This document shows, in pieces, positions 18,282 to 27,356 of a stretch of 54,755 bases of DNA. The notes below the pieces were generated by a model. The model saw only the letters and a program-made list of their open reading frames with translations. It was not told the origin of the DNA and made no database searches. Position 1 is the stretch's first letter; each line of letters starts with the position of its first letter. The stretch lies in contig JBGPIT010000001.1 in NCBI GenBank assembly GCA_041485125.1, forward strand, positions 1 to 54,755, written 5' to 3'. This stretch comes from Candidatus Binatia bacterium (GTDB lineage Bacteria > Desulfobacterota > Binatia > UTPRO1). The position numbers and the translations under genes were made by a program.

Positions 18282-19616
18282 GTGCGGGGTTTCTCGGGGG
18301 CGGCCATGCTGGCGCTCGGCGCGACGATCGCTCTCGCCGGCGTGATCGCCGTCGCGGACCGCGGTCTCCGGAGCCCGACGTCGTCTCCGAGCCCGCCTGC
18401 GCCGGCCGGTACCCCGGCGCCCGCCGCGGACCCGGCACCGATCGCATCGGCGCACGGCGAAGCGGCGCTGGCCTTCCGCTCGGCGGAGACCTGCAAGCCC
18501 TGCCATCCGGACATCTACGACGAGTGGCGGCAGTCGCCGATGGCGCGCTCCGTGGAGCTCTCCGGATGGTCGCTGCGCGCCTCGCTCGACGTGCTCCGCA
18601 CAGTCGGCGAGGACGAGACGATCCGCACCCTCTGCTACTCGTGCCACGCGCCCTTCGCGCGCACGAGCGGCTCGCTCGCGCTCGACACCCCGCCGCTCCA
18701 CGAGGGCGTGAGCTGCGACTTCTGCCACTCGGTGCGCGACGTCGAGGTCGCGCCGACGCTGAACATCTCGACGGCGGTGCCCGGCGAGGTCAAGACGGGA
18801 CCGCATGCGGACGCGCGCTCGACGGGGCACGAGACGCTCGAGCTGCCGCTGATGCGACGGTCGGAGTTTTGCGCCGGATGTCACTGGTTCGCGTGGCCGG
18901 AGAGCGGCATGCCGATCGATTGGACCTACAAGCAGTGGTTCGACAGCCCCTACCGCACCGAGGGCGTGCAGTGTCAGGACTGCCACATGCCGCTCCGTCC
19001 CGGACGCGCGAGCGCCGTCGCGACCGCACCGGACCGCGGCGGCGTCCGCTCGCATGCGTTCCACGGCGCCCGCGATCTGCCGACCTTGCGCGGGGCACTT
19101 GCGCTCCGGGCGCGGCGCGACGGCGGCACGGCGGTGGTCGAGATCGAGAACGTCGGCGCGGGGCACAGCATCCCCGGCGGCGGCGGCGAGCTACGCGAGC
19201 TCGAGCTGCGCGTCACACCCGAGGGCGGCGAGCCGATCGTCCGGCGCTACGACGTGCGCTACTTCGACGAGGACGGCGAGCGCGTGACCGGCAGCGACGA
19301 CGGCGCAGTCCGCTTCGAGGACCACGCGATCAAGGCGCGCGAGACCAAGGTCGAGCGCATTTCGCTCCCGCCCTCGAAACCGGCGAAGGTCGAGCTCTGG
19401 TTCTGGTACGTCACCCAAGAGGTCGCCGATCGCGACGACGCCGCGGCCGAGTCCGTCCTCGTCACCTCGACGGCGCTCGCACCCGCCGCCGCGAAGTTAC
19501 GGCGCGGCCGTGGCGGCTCGCGCGTACCGTCGCGGCCGCCAGCCCCGCCCGGCCCCGAGTGGCGGGCGTTTCCCGCACCGGCTAAAACTCACGGATGCTC
19601 ACCATCAGCACCCTGA
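18282..19616 (+). CDS. multiheme c-type cytochrome (five CXXCH)
   Basis: CKPCH, CYSCH, CDFCH, CAGCH and CQDCH motifs, with an N-terminal signal-like segment (AAMLALGATIALAGVIAVA). Confidence 0.8.
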   Translation: MRGFSGAAMLALGATIALAGVIAVADRGLRSPTSSPSPPAPAGTPAPAADPAPIASAHGEAALAFRSAETCKPCHPDIYDEWRQSPMARSVELSGWSLRASLDVLRTVGEDETIRTLCYSCHAPFARTSGSLALDTPPLHEGVSCDFCHSVRDVEVAPTLNISTAVPGEVKTGPHADARSTGHETLELPLMRRSEFCAGCHWFAWPESGMPIDWTYKQWFDSPYRTEGVQCQDCHMPLRPGRASAVATAPDRGGVRSHAFHGARDLPTLRGALALRARRDGGTAVVEIENVGAGHSIPGGGGELRELELRVTPEGGEPIVRRYDVRYFDEDGERVTGSDDGAVRFEDHAIKARETKVERISLPPSKPAKVELWFWYVTQEVADRDDAAAESVLVTSTALAPAAAKLRRGRGGSRVPSRPPAPPGPEWRAFPAPAKTHGCSPSAP

Positions 19617-21577
19617 GCAAAACGTTCCGCGGGCAGCGTGTGCTCGACGGCGTGAACTGGTTCGCGCCCGACCGCACGCGCATCGGCCTGACCGGCATGA
19701 ACGGCGCCGGCAAGTCGACCTTGCTGAAGCTGATCGCGGGCGAGATGGAGGCGGACAGCGGCGAGATCGTGCTGCCGAAGGGGACGAGCGTCGGCTACTT
19801 GCCGCAGGAGGTGATCGGCGTCTCCGGGCGCACGGTCCTCGAGGAGGCGCTCGGTGCCTTCGCCGATCTGCACGCGCTCGAGGCCGAGTGCCGCCGGCTG
19901 GAGAACGCGCTCGGCGCGGCGCCGGTCGAAGGTCCCGAGCACGACCAGCTGATGGCCGCGTATCAGGAGACCCGCGAGCGCTACGACACCGAGGCACGCT
20001 ACGACCTCGAGGCTGAGACCGAGCGCGTGCTCATGGGTCTCGGCTTCCGCACCGACGACTTCGGCCGCGACCTCGGCACGTTCAGCGGCGGCTGGCAGAT
20101 GCGCGTCGCGCTGGCGAAGCTCCTGCTGCGCAATCCGCGGGTCCTCCTACTAGACGAGCCGACCAACCACCTCGATCTCGAGGCGCGCACCTGGCTCGAG
20201 GAATTCTTGAACGCGAGCGACTCGCTGGTGATCCTGGTCGCGCACGACCGCTACTTCCTCGACGTCTGCGTCCAGCAGATCACCGAGGTCTCGCGCGGCC
20301 GCCTCACCGACTACTCGTCGAACTACACCGCGTATCTGCAAGCGCGCGAAGAGCGCCGCGCGCAAGAGGCGGAAGCCTACGCCGCGCAGCAAGAGGAGAT
20401 CGAGCGCGTCGAGGCGTTCGTGCGCCGTTTCCGCTACCAGGCATCGAAGGCCGCACAAGTGCAGAGCCGGGTGAAGCAGCTCGAGAAGATCGAGCGCCTT
20501 GCGCCACCCGAAGGTCACGAGCGGCGCGTGAAGATCCGCCTTCCCGAGCCACCCCGGAGCGGCCGCATCGTCGTCGGCCTCGAGCAGGGGGCGAAGCGCT
20601 ACGGCGACTTGAGCGTCTACGATGGGGTCGACGTCGCGATCGAGCGCGGCAGCAAGGTCGCGCTGGTCGGGCCGAACGGCGCCGGCAAGTCGACGATGCT
20701 GAAGATGCTGGCCGGCGTCGAGCCGCTCACGGGCGGCCGACGGATCGCCGGACACAACGTCCGGCTCGCCTACTTCGCGCAGGACCAGTCCGCCGTCCTC
20801 GATCCCGCCAAGACCGTCCTCGACGAGATGATGGCGGTGACGCCGGTGGATCTGGTGCCGCGCGTACGCGACCTCCTGGGGGCGTTTCTCTTCGGCGGTG
20901 ATGCCGTCGAGAAGCCGACGAGGGTGCTCTCGGGCGGTGAGCGCAACCGCCTGGCGCTCGCGAAGCTCCTCATCGAGCCCGCGAACTGTCTCCTCCTCGA
21001 CGAGCCGACGAACCACCTCGATCTGACCGCGAAGGAAGTCCTGCTCGAAGCGCTGCTCGACTACACCGGCACCGTCGTCCTGGTCGCGCACGATCGCTAC
21101 ATCCTCGACCGTCTGCCGCAGGAGATCATCGAGGTCGGGCACGGCACCGCGATCCGCTATCTCGGCAACTACGAGGACTACCTCGCGAAGAAAGCGGGCC
21201 TCACGAACGGCGCAACCCCGTCGGCACCGCGTGCGGGTCTGGACGCCGCTCGGGCCACCGCGCCGATCGCGGCGAACGGCAGCGATCGCGCCGCTTCCGC
21301 GACGACTGACGAACGCGGCGACGCGGCGTCGCGCGCCGAGGACCGTCAGGCGGCAAAGCGTCAGGCGCGCGCCGAGGAGAAGCGCCGGCGCGAGGCGGAG
21401 ACGATCGAGAGCTCGATCGCCGAGAAGGAAGCCGAGCTTGCCGCGCTCGCGACCACCATGAACGACCCGAGCTTCTACCAGACCCACCCGGCGCCGCAGC
21501 AGCTCTTCTCCACCTACGCCCGCCTGAAACGTGAGATCGAGATGCTTTACGAGCGGCTCGAGCGCGCCGGCGCCTGA
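19595..21577 (+). CDS. ABC-F family ATPase (two ABC cassettes, no TM domain)
   Basis: Walker A GMNGAGKST and GPNGAGKST, signatures FSGGWQMR and LSGGERNR, Walker B LLLDEPTNHLD twice, and a charged C-terminal coiled coil. Confidence 0.9.
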   Translation: MLTISTLSKTFRGQRVLDGVNWFAPDRTRIGLTGMNGAGKSTLLKLIAGEMEADSGEIVLPKGTSVGYLPQEVIGVSGRTVLEEALGAFADLHALEAECRRLENALGAAPVEGPEHDQLMAAYQETRERYDTEARYDLEAETERVLMGLGFRTDDFGRDLGTFSGGWQMRVALAKLLLRNPRVLLLDEPTNHLDLEARTWLEEFLNASDSLVILVAHDRYFLDVCVQQITEVSRGRLTDYSSNYTAYLQAREERRAQEAEAYAAQQEEIERVEAFVRRFRYQASKAAQVQSRVKQLEKIERLAPPEGHERRVKIRLPEPPRSGRIVVGLEQGAKRYGDLSVYDGVDVAIERGSKVALVGPNGAGKSTMLKMLAGVEPLTGGRRIAGHNVRLAYFAQDQSAVLDPAKTVLDEMMAVTPVDLVPRVRDLLGAFLFGGDAVEKPTRVLSGGERNRLALAKLLIEPANCLLLDEPTNHLDLTAKEVLLEALLDYTGTVVLVAHDRYILDRLPQEIIEVGHGTAIRYLGNYEDYLAKKAGLTNGATPSAPRAGLDAARATAPIAANGSDRAASATTDERGDAASRAEDRQAAKRQARAEEKRRREAETIESSIAEKEAELAALATTMNDPSFYQTHPAPQQLFSTYARLKREIEMLYERLERAGA

Positions 21578-21580
21578 GCC

Positions 21581-22444
21581 TTAGCGCCGCCCGCGCGCGG
21601 GATAGAGCGGCAGCGGCTCGACCGGCATCTCGAGCGCAACAAGCTCGCCCGGTCCCGAGAGCGTGACGTAGAGGCGGCCGTCACCGAGGCAGCAGTTCGT
21701 CGGCTCGGTGCCGGCGCCCATCTCGATGACCTCGGGCACGCGACCGTCGGGCTCGAAGACGACGACCACGTCGCCGAGACTTCCCGCGGCGTAGAGCCGT
21801 CCAGCGGCGTCGAAGCAGAAGCCGTCGGGGAAGCCCTGCGGCAACGTGCAATGCGTCGCCGGCGTCGCCCCGGGTGTCGCGTCCATCACGAGGATCCGCT
21901 GCGTCATGCTCTGCGCGACGTAGAGCCGATCGTCGGGCCCGAAGCCGATGCCGTTCGGAAACGAGGGGATCTCGGCGACCAGCTCGACCACACCGTCGAG
22001 CGTCGTTCGCCCGACGCGGCCGACGCCGATCGTCGCCAGGTCCTCCCAGTTGTGCGGGTCGGTGTAGTAGAGCAGCCCGTCCGGGCCGAAGCAGAGGTCG
22101 TTCGGCCGGTTCGGCGGCTTGCCGGGAAGATTGACCGCGACGTCGCGCAGGTCGCCGTCGAGCGTCACGCGCTGGATGCGGCCGGCGATCGGCTCCGCAG
22201 CCATCCAGCGCCCTTCGTGGCCGAGCGAGAGGCCACCGTTGTTGGTGACGTAGAGCGCGCCGTCGGGGCCGAGCGTCGCGCCGTTGGCGCCACCGCCCGT
22301 GATCGCGACCAGACGGACGCGCCCCTTGTCGTAAAGCGAGACGCGCTGGCCGCGGATCTCGGTGAACGCGATGCGCTCGGGCCCGAGCCACACTGGTCCT
22401 TCGGGAAACTGCAGACCGGTGGCGAGGACGGTGCGTGCTCTCAT
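21581..22444 (-). CDS. SMP-30/gluconolactonase/LRE-family beta-propeller
   Basis: FPEGPVW, YVTNNGG, PNDLCFGPDG, PNGIGFGPD and PDGFCFD repeats typical of the SGL fold. 287 aa. Confidence 0.8.
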   Translation of the reverse strand: MRARTVLATGLQFPEGPVWLGPERIAFTEIRGQRVSLYDKGRVRLVAITGGGANGATLGPDGALYVTNNGGLSLGHEGRWMAAEPIAGRIQRVTLDGDLRDVAVNLPGKPPNRPNDLCFGPDGLLYYTDPHNWEDLATIGVGRVGRTTLDGVVELVAEIPSFPNGIGFGPDDRLYVAQSMTQRILVMDATPGATPATHCTLPQGFPDGFCFDAAGRLYAAGSLGDVVVVFEPDGRVPEVIEMGAGTEPTNCCLGDGRLYVTLSGPGELVALEMPVEPLPLYPARGRR

Positions 22445-23259
22445 GACGTGCCTCCCTGGAGCGCCGCCAGCGCCGCACCGCTCGCGCGCTGGCGGCGGAT
22501 CTCCTCGATGAGCACGGCGAGCTGGCGCGCCGCGCGGGCCGGCGCGATCCCGCCGCGATGGATGTTGGAGAGTACGGTCCGATCGGGCTCGGCGGATCCG
22601 CGTCGCGGCGCATAGAGCACGTACGCCGAGAGACTGTCGGCGGTCGCGAGACCGGGGCGCTCGCCGACGAGGAAGCAGAAGACCTCCGGACGGAGCAGCT
22701 CGCCGATCTCGTCCTGCACGCGCACCCGGCCGTTGCGCACGAAGAGCGGCGTGCCGAGTCGAAACCCACGCGCGGCGAGCTCGCGCGTCAACGCCCGCAG
22801 CACCGCCGCGCCGTTGGCGACGACGGCGGACGACGAGAGCCCGTCGGTGAGCGCGAGCTGCACGTCGGCGCCGTGCCGACAGCGGCGCAGGATCGGACGC
22901 GCGCTCGCGGCGAGCGTGCGTCCGAGCGCCGGCTCGCGGACGTAGGCCTCACGGCTGGTCGCGCGGGTACGGATCTCGCGCAGGCCGATCCGGCGGACGA
23001 ACGCCGCCGGCACCTCGGTGAGGACCGCGTCGCGCGCCCGCGCGTGCGCCGCGATGAAATCCAAGTACGCGCTGGTGCGCAGACGCGGTCCGGCGCGACC
23101 GATCGCGAGCCGTGCCGGCGTCGACGCGAGCAGGCTCGCGAGCGCCGTCGGCTCACGGCTACCCACCGCCGGCGCGAGCGTGGGCTCACCGCGTACTTTC
23201 GTCGCCTTCGACGATCCGCGCGCGTTCGGTCGCCGCGCTTTCCGACGCGACTCAGCCAC
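22441..23259 (-). CDS. eutC: ethanolamine ammonia-lyase small subunit
   Basis: Located immediately after eutB with an 8-nt overlap. Core TSAYLDFIAAHARARDAV...LTDGLSS...VGERPG matches EutC. Confidence 0.85.
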   Translation of the reverse strand: MAESRRKARRPNARGSSKATKVRGEPTLAPAVGSREPTALASLLASTPARLAIGRAGPRLRTSAYLDFIAAHARARDAVLTEVPAAFVRRIGLREIRTRATSREAYVREPALGRTLAASARPILRRCRHGADVQLALTDGLSSSAVVANGAAVLRALTRELAARGFRLGTPLFVRNGRVRVQDEIGELLRPEVFCFLVGERPGLATADSLSAYVLYAPRRGSAEPDRTVLSNIHRGGIAPARAARQLAVLIEEIRRQRASGAALAALQGGTS

Positions 23260-24622
23260 GCAGGAAGAATCCCGGATCGCCGGCGCGCGTGGTGAGACGA
23301 CCGTCCGCCATCAGACCGAGCTCGACCAGCCAGGTTTCGAACTCGGGCGCGGGACGGAGGCCGAGCAGCTGCCGGAGCGTCGCACCGTCGTGGTAGCTCG
23401 TGCATTGGTAGCTCAGCATCACGTCGTCGCCGCCGGGCACGCCCATGAAGTAGTTGCAGCCGGCGGTGGCGAGCAAGGTCGCGAGCGTGTCGCAGTCGTT
23501 CTGGTCCGCCTCGGCGTGGTTGGTGTAGCAAGCGTCGGCGCCGAGCGGGAGGCCGAGCAGCTTCCCCATGAAGTGGTCCTCGAGACCGGCGCGGATGATC
23601 TGCCGGCCGTCGGCGAGGTACTCGGGACCGATGAAGCCGACCACGGTGTTGACGAGAAAGGGGTCGTAGCGCCGGGCCAGGCCGTAGCAGCGCGCCTCGA
23701 GCGTCGTCTGGTCGGCGCCCTCGTGCGCGCCCGCCGAGAGCTCGGATCCTTGTCCGGTCTCGAAGTACATGCGGTGTTGCGCGCCGCGCAGCGTGCCGCG
23801 CCTGGCGATCAGGTCGCGCGCCTCGTCGAGCATCGCGACGGTGATGCCGAAGCTGCGAATCCCGGCCTCGGTGCCGGCGAGGCTCTGGAAGAGGATGTCC
23901 ATCGGTGCGCCGCGCTCGAGGGCACGCATCTGGGTCGTCACGTGGGCGAGGACGCAATTCTGCGTCGGGATCCGCCAGCGTCCGATCAGCTCGTGCGTCA
24001 GCGTGAGTAGCGCGGTCACGTTCTCGACGGTGTCGATGCACGGATTGATGCCGATCAATGCATCGCCGGCACCGTAGGCGAGGCCTTCGTAAATCGCCGC
24101 GGTGATGCCGCGATGATCATCCGACGGATGATTTGGCTGCAGGCGCGTGCTCAAGCGGCCGGGAAGTCCAACGGTCGTGCGGGCGCGCGTCGTCACCGGC
24201 ATCTTCCGGGCGGCGTAGATCAAGTCGAGGTTCGAGCAGATCTTCGCGACCGCCGCCGCGACCTCCGCGGTGAAGCCCCGGCCGGCGCGCCGGATCGCCT
24301 CGGGCGACGTCGTGTCGGCGAGGAGCCAATCGCGGAGCTCGCCGACGCTCCAGCCGCGCACCTCGCGGTGCACGGCCTCGTCGATGCCGGCGTCGATGAC
24401 GCGGCTCACCTCGTCCTCGTCGAGCGGCACGACGGGATGGGCACGCAGGTCCCCGACCGTGAACTCGGCGAGCACGCGCTTGGCGGCGGCGCGCTCCTGA
24501 TGCGAGCGAGCGCCGACGCCCGCGAGCGTGTCGCCGGACTTCGGCTCGCTGGCGCGCCCGAGGACTTCGCGCACCGAGCGAAAGCGGTAGCTCCGTCCGA
24601 GGACGCGCGCCGTGAGCTTCAC
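23252..24622 (-). CDS. eutB: ethanolamine ammonia-lyase large subunit
   Basis: 456 aa. The N-terminus MKLTARVLGRSYRFRSVREVLGRASEPKSGDTLAGVGA..SHQERAAAKRVL is nearly collinear with enterobacterial EutB. Confidence 0.9.
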   Translation of the reverse strand: MKLTARVLGRSYRFRSVREVLGRASEPKSGDTLAGVGARSHQERAAAKRVLAEFTVGDLRAHPVVPLDEDEVSRVIDAGIDEAVHREVRGWSVGELRDWLLADTTSPEAIRRAGRGFTAEVAAAVAKICSNLDLIYAARKMPVTTRARTTVGLPGRLSTRLQPNHPSDDHRGITAAIYEGLAYGAGDALIGINPCIDTVENVTALLTLTHELIGRWRIPTQNCVLAHVTTQMRALERGAPMDILFQSLAGTEAGIRSFGITVAMLDEARDLIARRGTLRGAQHRMYFETGQGSELSAGAHEGADQTTLEARCYGLARRYDPFLVNTVVGFIGPEYLADGRQIIRAGLEDHFMGKLLGLPLGADACYTNHAEADQNDCDTLATLLATAGCNYFMGVPGGDDVMLSYQCTSYHDGATLRQLLGLRPAPEFETWLVELGLMADGRLTTRAGDPGFFLRG

Positions 24623-25299
24623 GGTGCGGCCTTCTCGGGCGGCGGATTCTCGCCCGGAGGTGCCGCCGGCGGGTGACCCTCGACCGCATCGACGATCGTC
24701 TGCGCGGCGAGCCAGGTCCGAGGGTCGCGCCGCACGTCACGCAGGCGGACGATCCCGTCGCCGTCGAGGACGTAGGTCGCGGGGCGCGCGGCGGCGGTCT
24801 TGTCCGGCGCCTCCATCAGCAAGCCGAGCCGCTCGGCAAGGCCGGTGTCGTCGATCAGGTAGTAGAAGGGCGTGTGGTGGTCGCGCACGAACGCCAGCGC
24901 ACGCGGCGTCGCCTGTTGCGCGGTGAGCACCACGGCCACGCGGACCTCCTTGCGGCCGGCGAACGCTTGCGCGAGCTCGAGCACGCGTGCCTTGCTCGGC
25001 GCCGACCAGTCGAGGCTCGGGACGAAAGCGATCACGTGCGGGGCGCCGCGCAGATCGCGCGATCCGACCCGGGTCCCACTCACGTCGGCGAGATCGAACG
25101 CCGGAAAGGGCTGCTCGAGCGCCGGCGCCGCCTGGTCGACGTCGACGCGCGGGTTCGGGTCGGCGTGGTAGCAGCCGTCGATCCGCATCGCGACGCCGAC
25201 GATGTAGAGACAGAGCAGCGTCCCGCCTATCTTACCGGCGACGTACGGGCGCTCGGCCGGCGGCGCGGTCGCGGTCGCCACCACGGTCGCCGCGCTCAT
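24619..25299 (-). CDS. membrane-anchored thioredoxin-fold (TlpA/redoxin-like) protein lacking the CXXC cysteines
   Basis: TM helix (GGTLLCLYIVGVAM), then a redoxin-like fold. The usual W-C-x-P-C position reads W-S-A-P-S (FVPSLDWSAPSKARV). Confidence 0.6.
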   Translation of the reverse strand: MSAATVVATATAPPAERPYVAGKIGGTLLCLYIVGVAMRIDGCYHADPNPRVDVDQAAPALEQPFPAFDLADVSGTRVGSRDLRGAPHVIAFVPSLDWSAPSKARVLELAQAFAGRKEVRVAVVLTAQQATPRALAFVRDHHTPFYYLIDDTGLAERLGLLMEAPDKTAAARPATYVLDGDGIVRLRDVRRDPRTWLAAQTIVDAVEGHPPAAPPGENPPPEKAAP

Positions 25300-25679
25300 G
25301 CGGGCCGACGGTCCGGCTTCAACCAGATGAACCCGAGAGCGACGACGGCGAGCACCGCAGCCTCGACGCGGAGCAGGTCACGGATCGGCCAGTACTCGCC
25401 CGAGTACCACGCGAGCAGCCGGAGGAGCGCCGCCACGATGAGCGCCGTGGCGGTCGCGGTGGCGATGCCCGGTGTGCCGGCTGGAGTGCGCGCGCTCGCG
25501 ATCAAGCAACCCGCCCACGCGAAGAGGACGCAGCCGGCGAATCCCAGGATGAAGTAGCCCTGGACGTCGGTGTCGAAGAGCGGTCGCGCGAAGATCTGGA
25601 AGACGGCGCGATCGAGGAACGCCGCGACGAACACCACGCCGAAGACAATGCACGCGGTCGCCGTGACGCCGGCGAGCAT
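25296..25679 (-). CDS. small integral membrane protein
   Basis: About 4 hydrophobic helices (MLAGVTATACIVFGVVFVAAFL...). Uses the ATG at 25679 or the GTG at 25709 within ORF 25296..25886. Its stop overlaps the next gene's start. Confidence 0.45.
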   Translation of the reverse strand: MLAGVTATACIVFGVVFVAAFLDRAVFQIFARPLFDTDVQGYFILGFAGCVLFAWAGCLIASARTPAGTPGIATATATALIVAALLRLLAWYSGEYWPIRDLLRVEAAVLAVVALGFIWLKPDRRPA

Positions 25680-25852
25680 TCGATAGAGCAGCAGCGTCGA
25701 GATCCGCACGCGGCTACCTCGCAGACGCGTCGCCGCGTTGTCAACGGGGCTCCGGCGTGGGATGCCGCCGCGGCGCGCGCGCTGCCGCGGCTGGCGACAG
25801 CGCAACGCGAGGTGTAAGAGGATCGCCGCTCGATTCCGAGAGGAGGTCCGGC

Positions 25853-26869
25853 ATGAAATCGGTCTGGATCCCGAAGATCGGCCCACCAGAGGTGCTCGAA
25901 GTGCGTGAGGTGGAAGACCCGCACGCCGCTCCGGGCGAGGTGCGCATCCGCGTCCGAGCCTCGGGCGTGAATTTCGCCGACGTGATGGCGCGCATGGGGC
26001 TCTACCCGGACGCGCCGAAGCTGCCGTGCGTGGTCGGCTACGAGGTTGCCGGTACGGTCGACGAGATCGGCGCCCGTGTGAGCGGCGTTGCCGCGGGCGA
26101 CGCGGTGCTGGCGTCGACGCGCTTCGGCGGCTACGCCGACCTCGTGACGGTGCCCGCGGCGCAGGCGTTGCCGCTGCCGCAGGGCATGACGTTCGAAGAG
26201 GGTGCCGCGCTGCCCGTCAACTACCTCACCGCGATCTTGATGCTCGAGCACTTCGCCCACGTCGGTGCCGGCGACCGGGTGCTGGTGCACGGCGCGGCGG
26301 GCGGCGTCGGTCTCGCCGCGGTCCAGCTCTGCCGGCTCCACGGCGCCGAGGTAATCGGCACCGCGTCGGCGTCGAAGCACGCCCTGCTCAAGGACGCCGG
26401 CGTCGCGCATACGATCGACTACCGGGCCGCCGACTTCGAGAGCGAGATCCGGCGGATCACCGGCGGCCGCGGCGTCGACATCGTGCTCGATCCGATCGGC
26501 GGCGAGAATTTCCGCAAGAGCTACCGCGTGCTGGCGCCGTTCGGGCGCCTGATCGCCTTCGGCTTCTCCGCCGCCGCACCCGGCACGTCGCGCAGCGTGC
26601 TCACCGCGGCATGGCAGTTCCTGCGCATGCCGCGCTTCAATCCGATCGCGCTGATGAACGACAATCGCGCGGTCATGGGGTTCAACCTCGGGCATCTCTG
26701 GAACGAGATGTCCCTGCTCGTCGCGCAGCTGCAGAAGCTGATCGACTACTACCATCGCGGCGCGATCCGGCCGACGGTGGCGCGGAGCTTCCCGCTCGCG
26801 GAGGCCGCCGCGGCGCACGCCTATCTTCAAAATCGCCAGAACGTCGGAAAGGTCGTGCTCATTCCGTGA
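25853..26869 (+). CDS. zinc-independent MDR-family quinone oxidoreductase (VAT-1/Qor-like)
   Basis: ATG 25853 follows GAGAGGAGG. EVLEVREVEDPHAAPGEVRIRVRASGVNFAD and the nucleotide motif HGAAGGVG. 338 aa. Confidence 0.85.
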   Translation: MKSVWIPKIGPPEVLEVREVEDPHAAPGEVRIRVRASGVNFADVMARMGLYPDAPKLPCVVGYEVAGTVDEIGARVSGVAAGDAVLASTRFGGYADLVTVPAAQALPLPQGMTFEEGAALPVNYLTAILMLEHFAHVGAGDRVLVHGAAGGVGLAAVQLCRLHGAEVIGTASASKHALLKDAGVAHTIDYRAADFESEIRRITGGRGVDIVLDPIGGENFRKSYRVLAPFGRLIAFGFSAAAPGTSRSVLTAAWQFLRMPRFNPIALMNDNRAVMGFNLGHLWNEMSLLVAQLQKLIDYYHRGAIRPTVARSFPLAEAAAAHAYLQNRQNVGKVVLIP

Positions 26870-27345
26870 GACGGGCGTGTACGCGAGGCTGTCTCACCGC
26901 CGATGGACTGATCGAGACGGTCGACGGACCGATCGCGATCGCGACGCTCGTCGGTAAGTCGATGCCGGTTCTGACCCGGCTCCCGAACGGCCGGGTCGGC
27001 TTTCGCCTGATGACGAAGGTCGCCTGCACGGCGACGGGGGTCGCGATCGTGCGGGTGACCTTCGAGAACGGGCATGCCATCACCGTCGACACCGGCCACG
27101 TTTTCTACGCGCCGAACAAGGTGGAGCGGCCGGTGACCGAGCTCGAGCCCGGGGAGATGCTCGACACCAGCTTCCACTTCCCGGTCGGCTACGAGTACCG
27201 GCGCGCCGATGGCTCGACCGCGATCTCGGACGGCGGCACGCACGTCACCGCGATCGAGCCGGCGGGAAACGCCGACGTGTTCGGCGGCATCGTCAACGAG
27301 ACGCACTCCTACTTCCTGACCGCCGGGGTGCTCTGCAAGGAGTGA
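26866..27345 (+). CDS. free-standing Hint (intein / Hedgehog-type autoprocessing) domain protein
   Basis: GTG 26866 overlaps the qor stop (GTGA). After an 8-aa leader (MRRACTRG) comes the block-A-like CLTADGLIETVDGPIAI. A block-B-like ITVDTGHVFYA and a terminal block VFGGIVNETHSYFLTAGVLCKE follow. Third positions are strongly G/C-rich. The first in-frame ATG lies downstream of the Cys block, so a non-ATG start is required. Confidence 0.6.
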   Translation: MRRACTRGCLTADGLIETVDGPIAIATLVGKSMPVLTRLPNGRVGFRLMTKVACTATGVAIVRVTFENGHAITVDTGHVFYAPNKVERPVTELEPGEMLDTSFHFPVGYEYRRADGSTAISDGGTHVTAIEPAGNADVFGGIVNETHSYFLTAGVLCKE

Positions 27346-27356
27346 GAGACTGACGC

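Noticed and set aside
26850-26880. Possible programmed -1 frameshift fusing the quinone oxidoreductase to the Hint domain
   Set aside because: The Hint frame is -1 relative to qor. However, there is no X-XXY-YYZ slippery heptamer at the junction (ctcattccgtgagac) and no obvious downstream pseudoknot. A GTGA stop/start overlap is a simpler explanation. A sequencing frameshift still cannot be excluded without reads.
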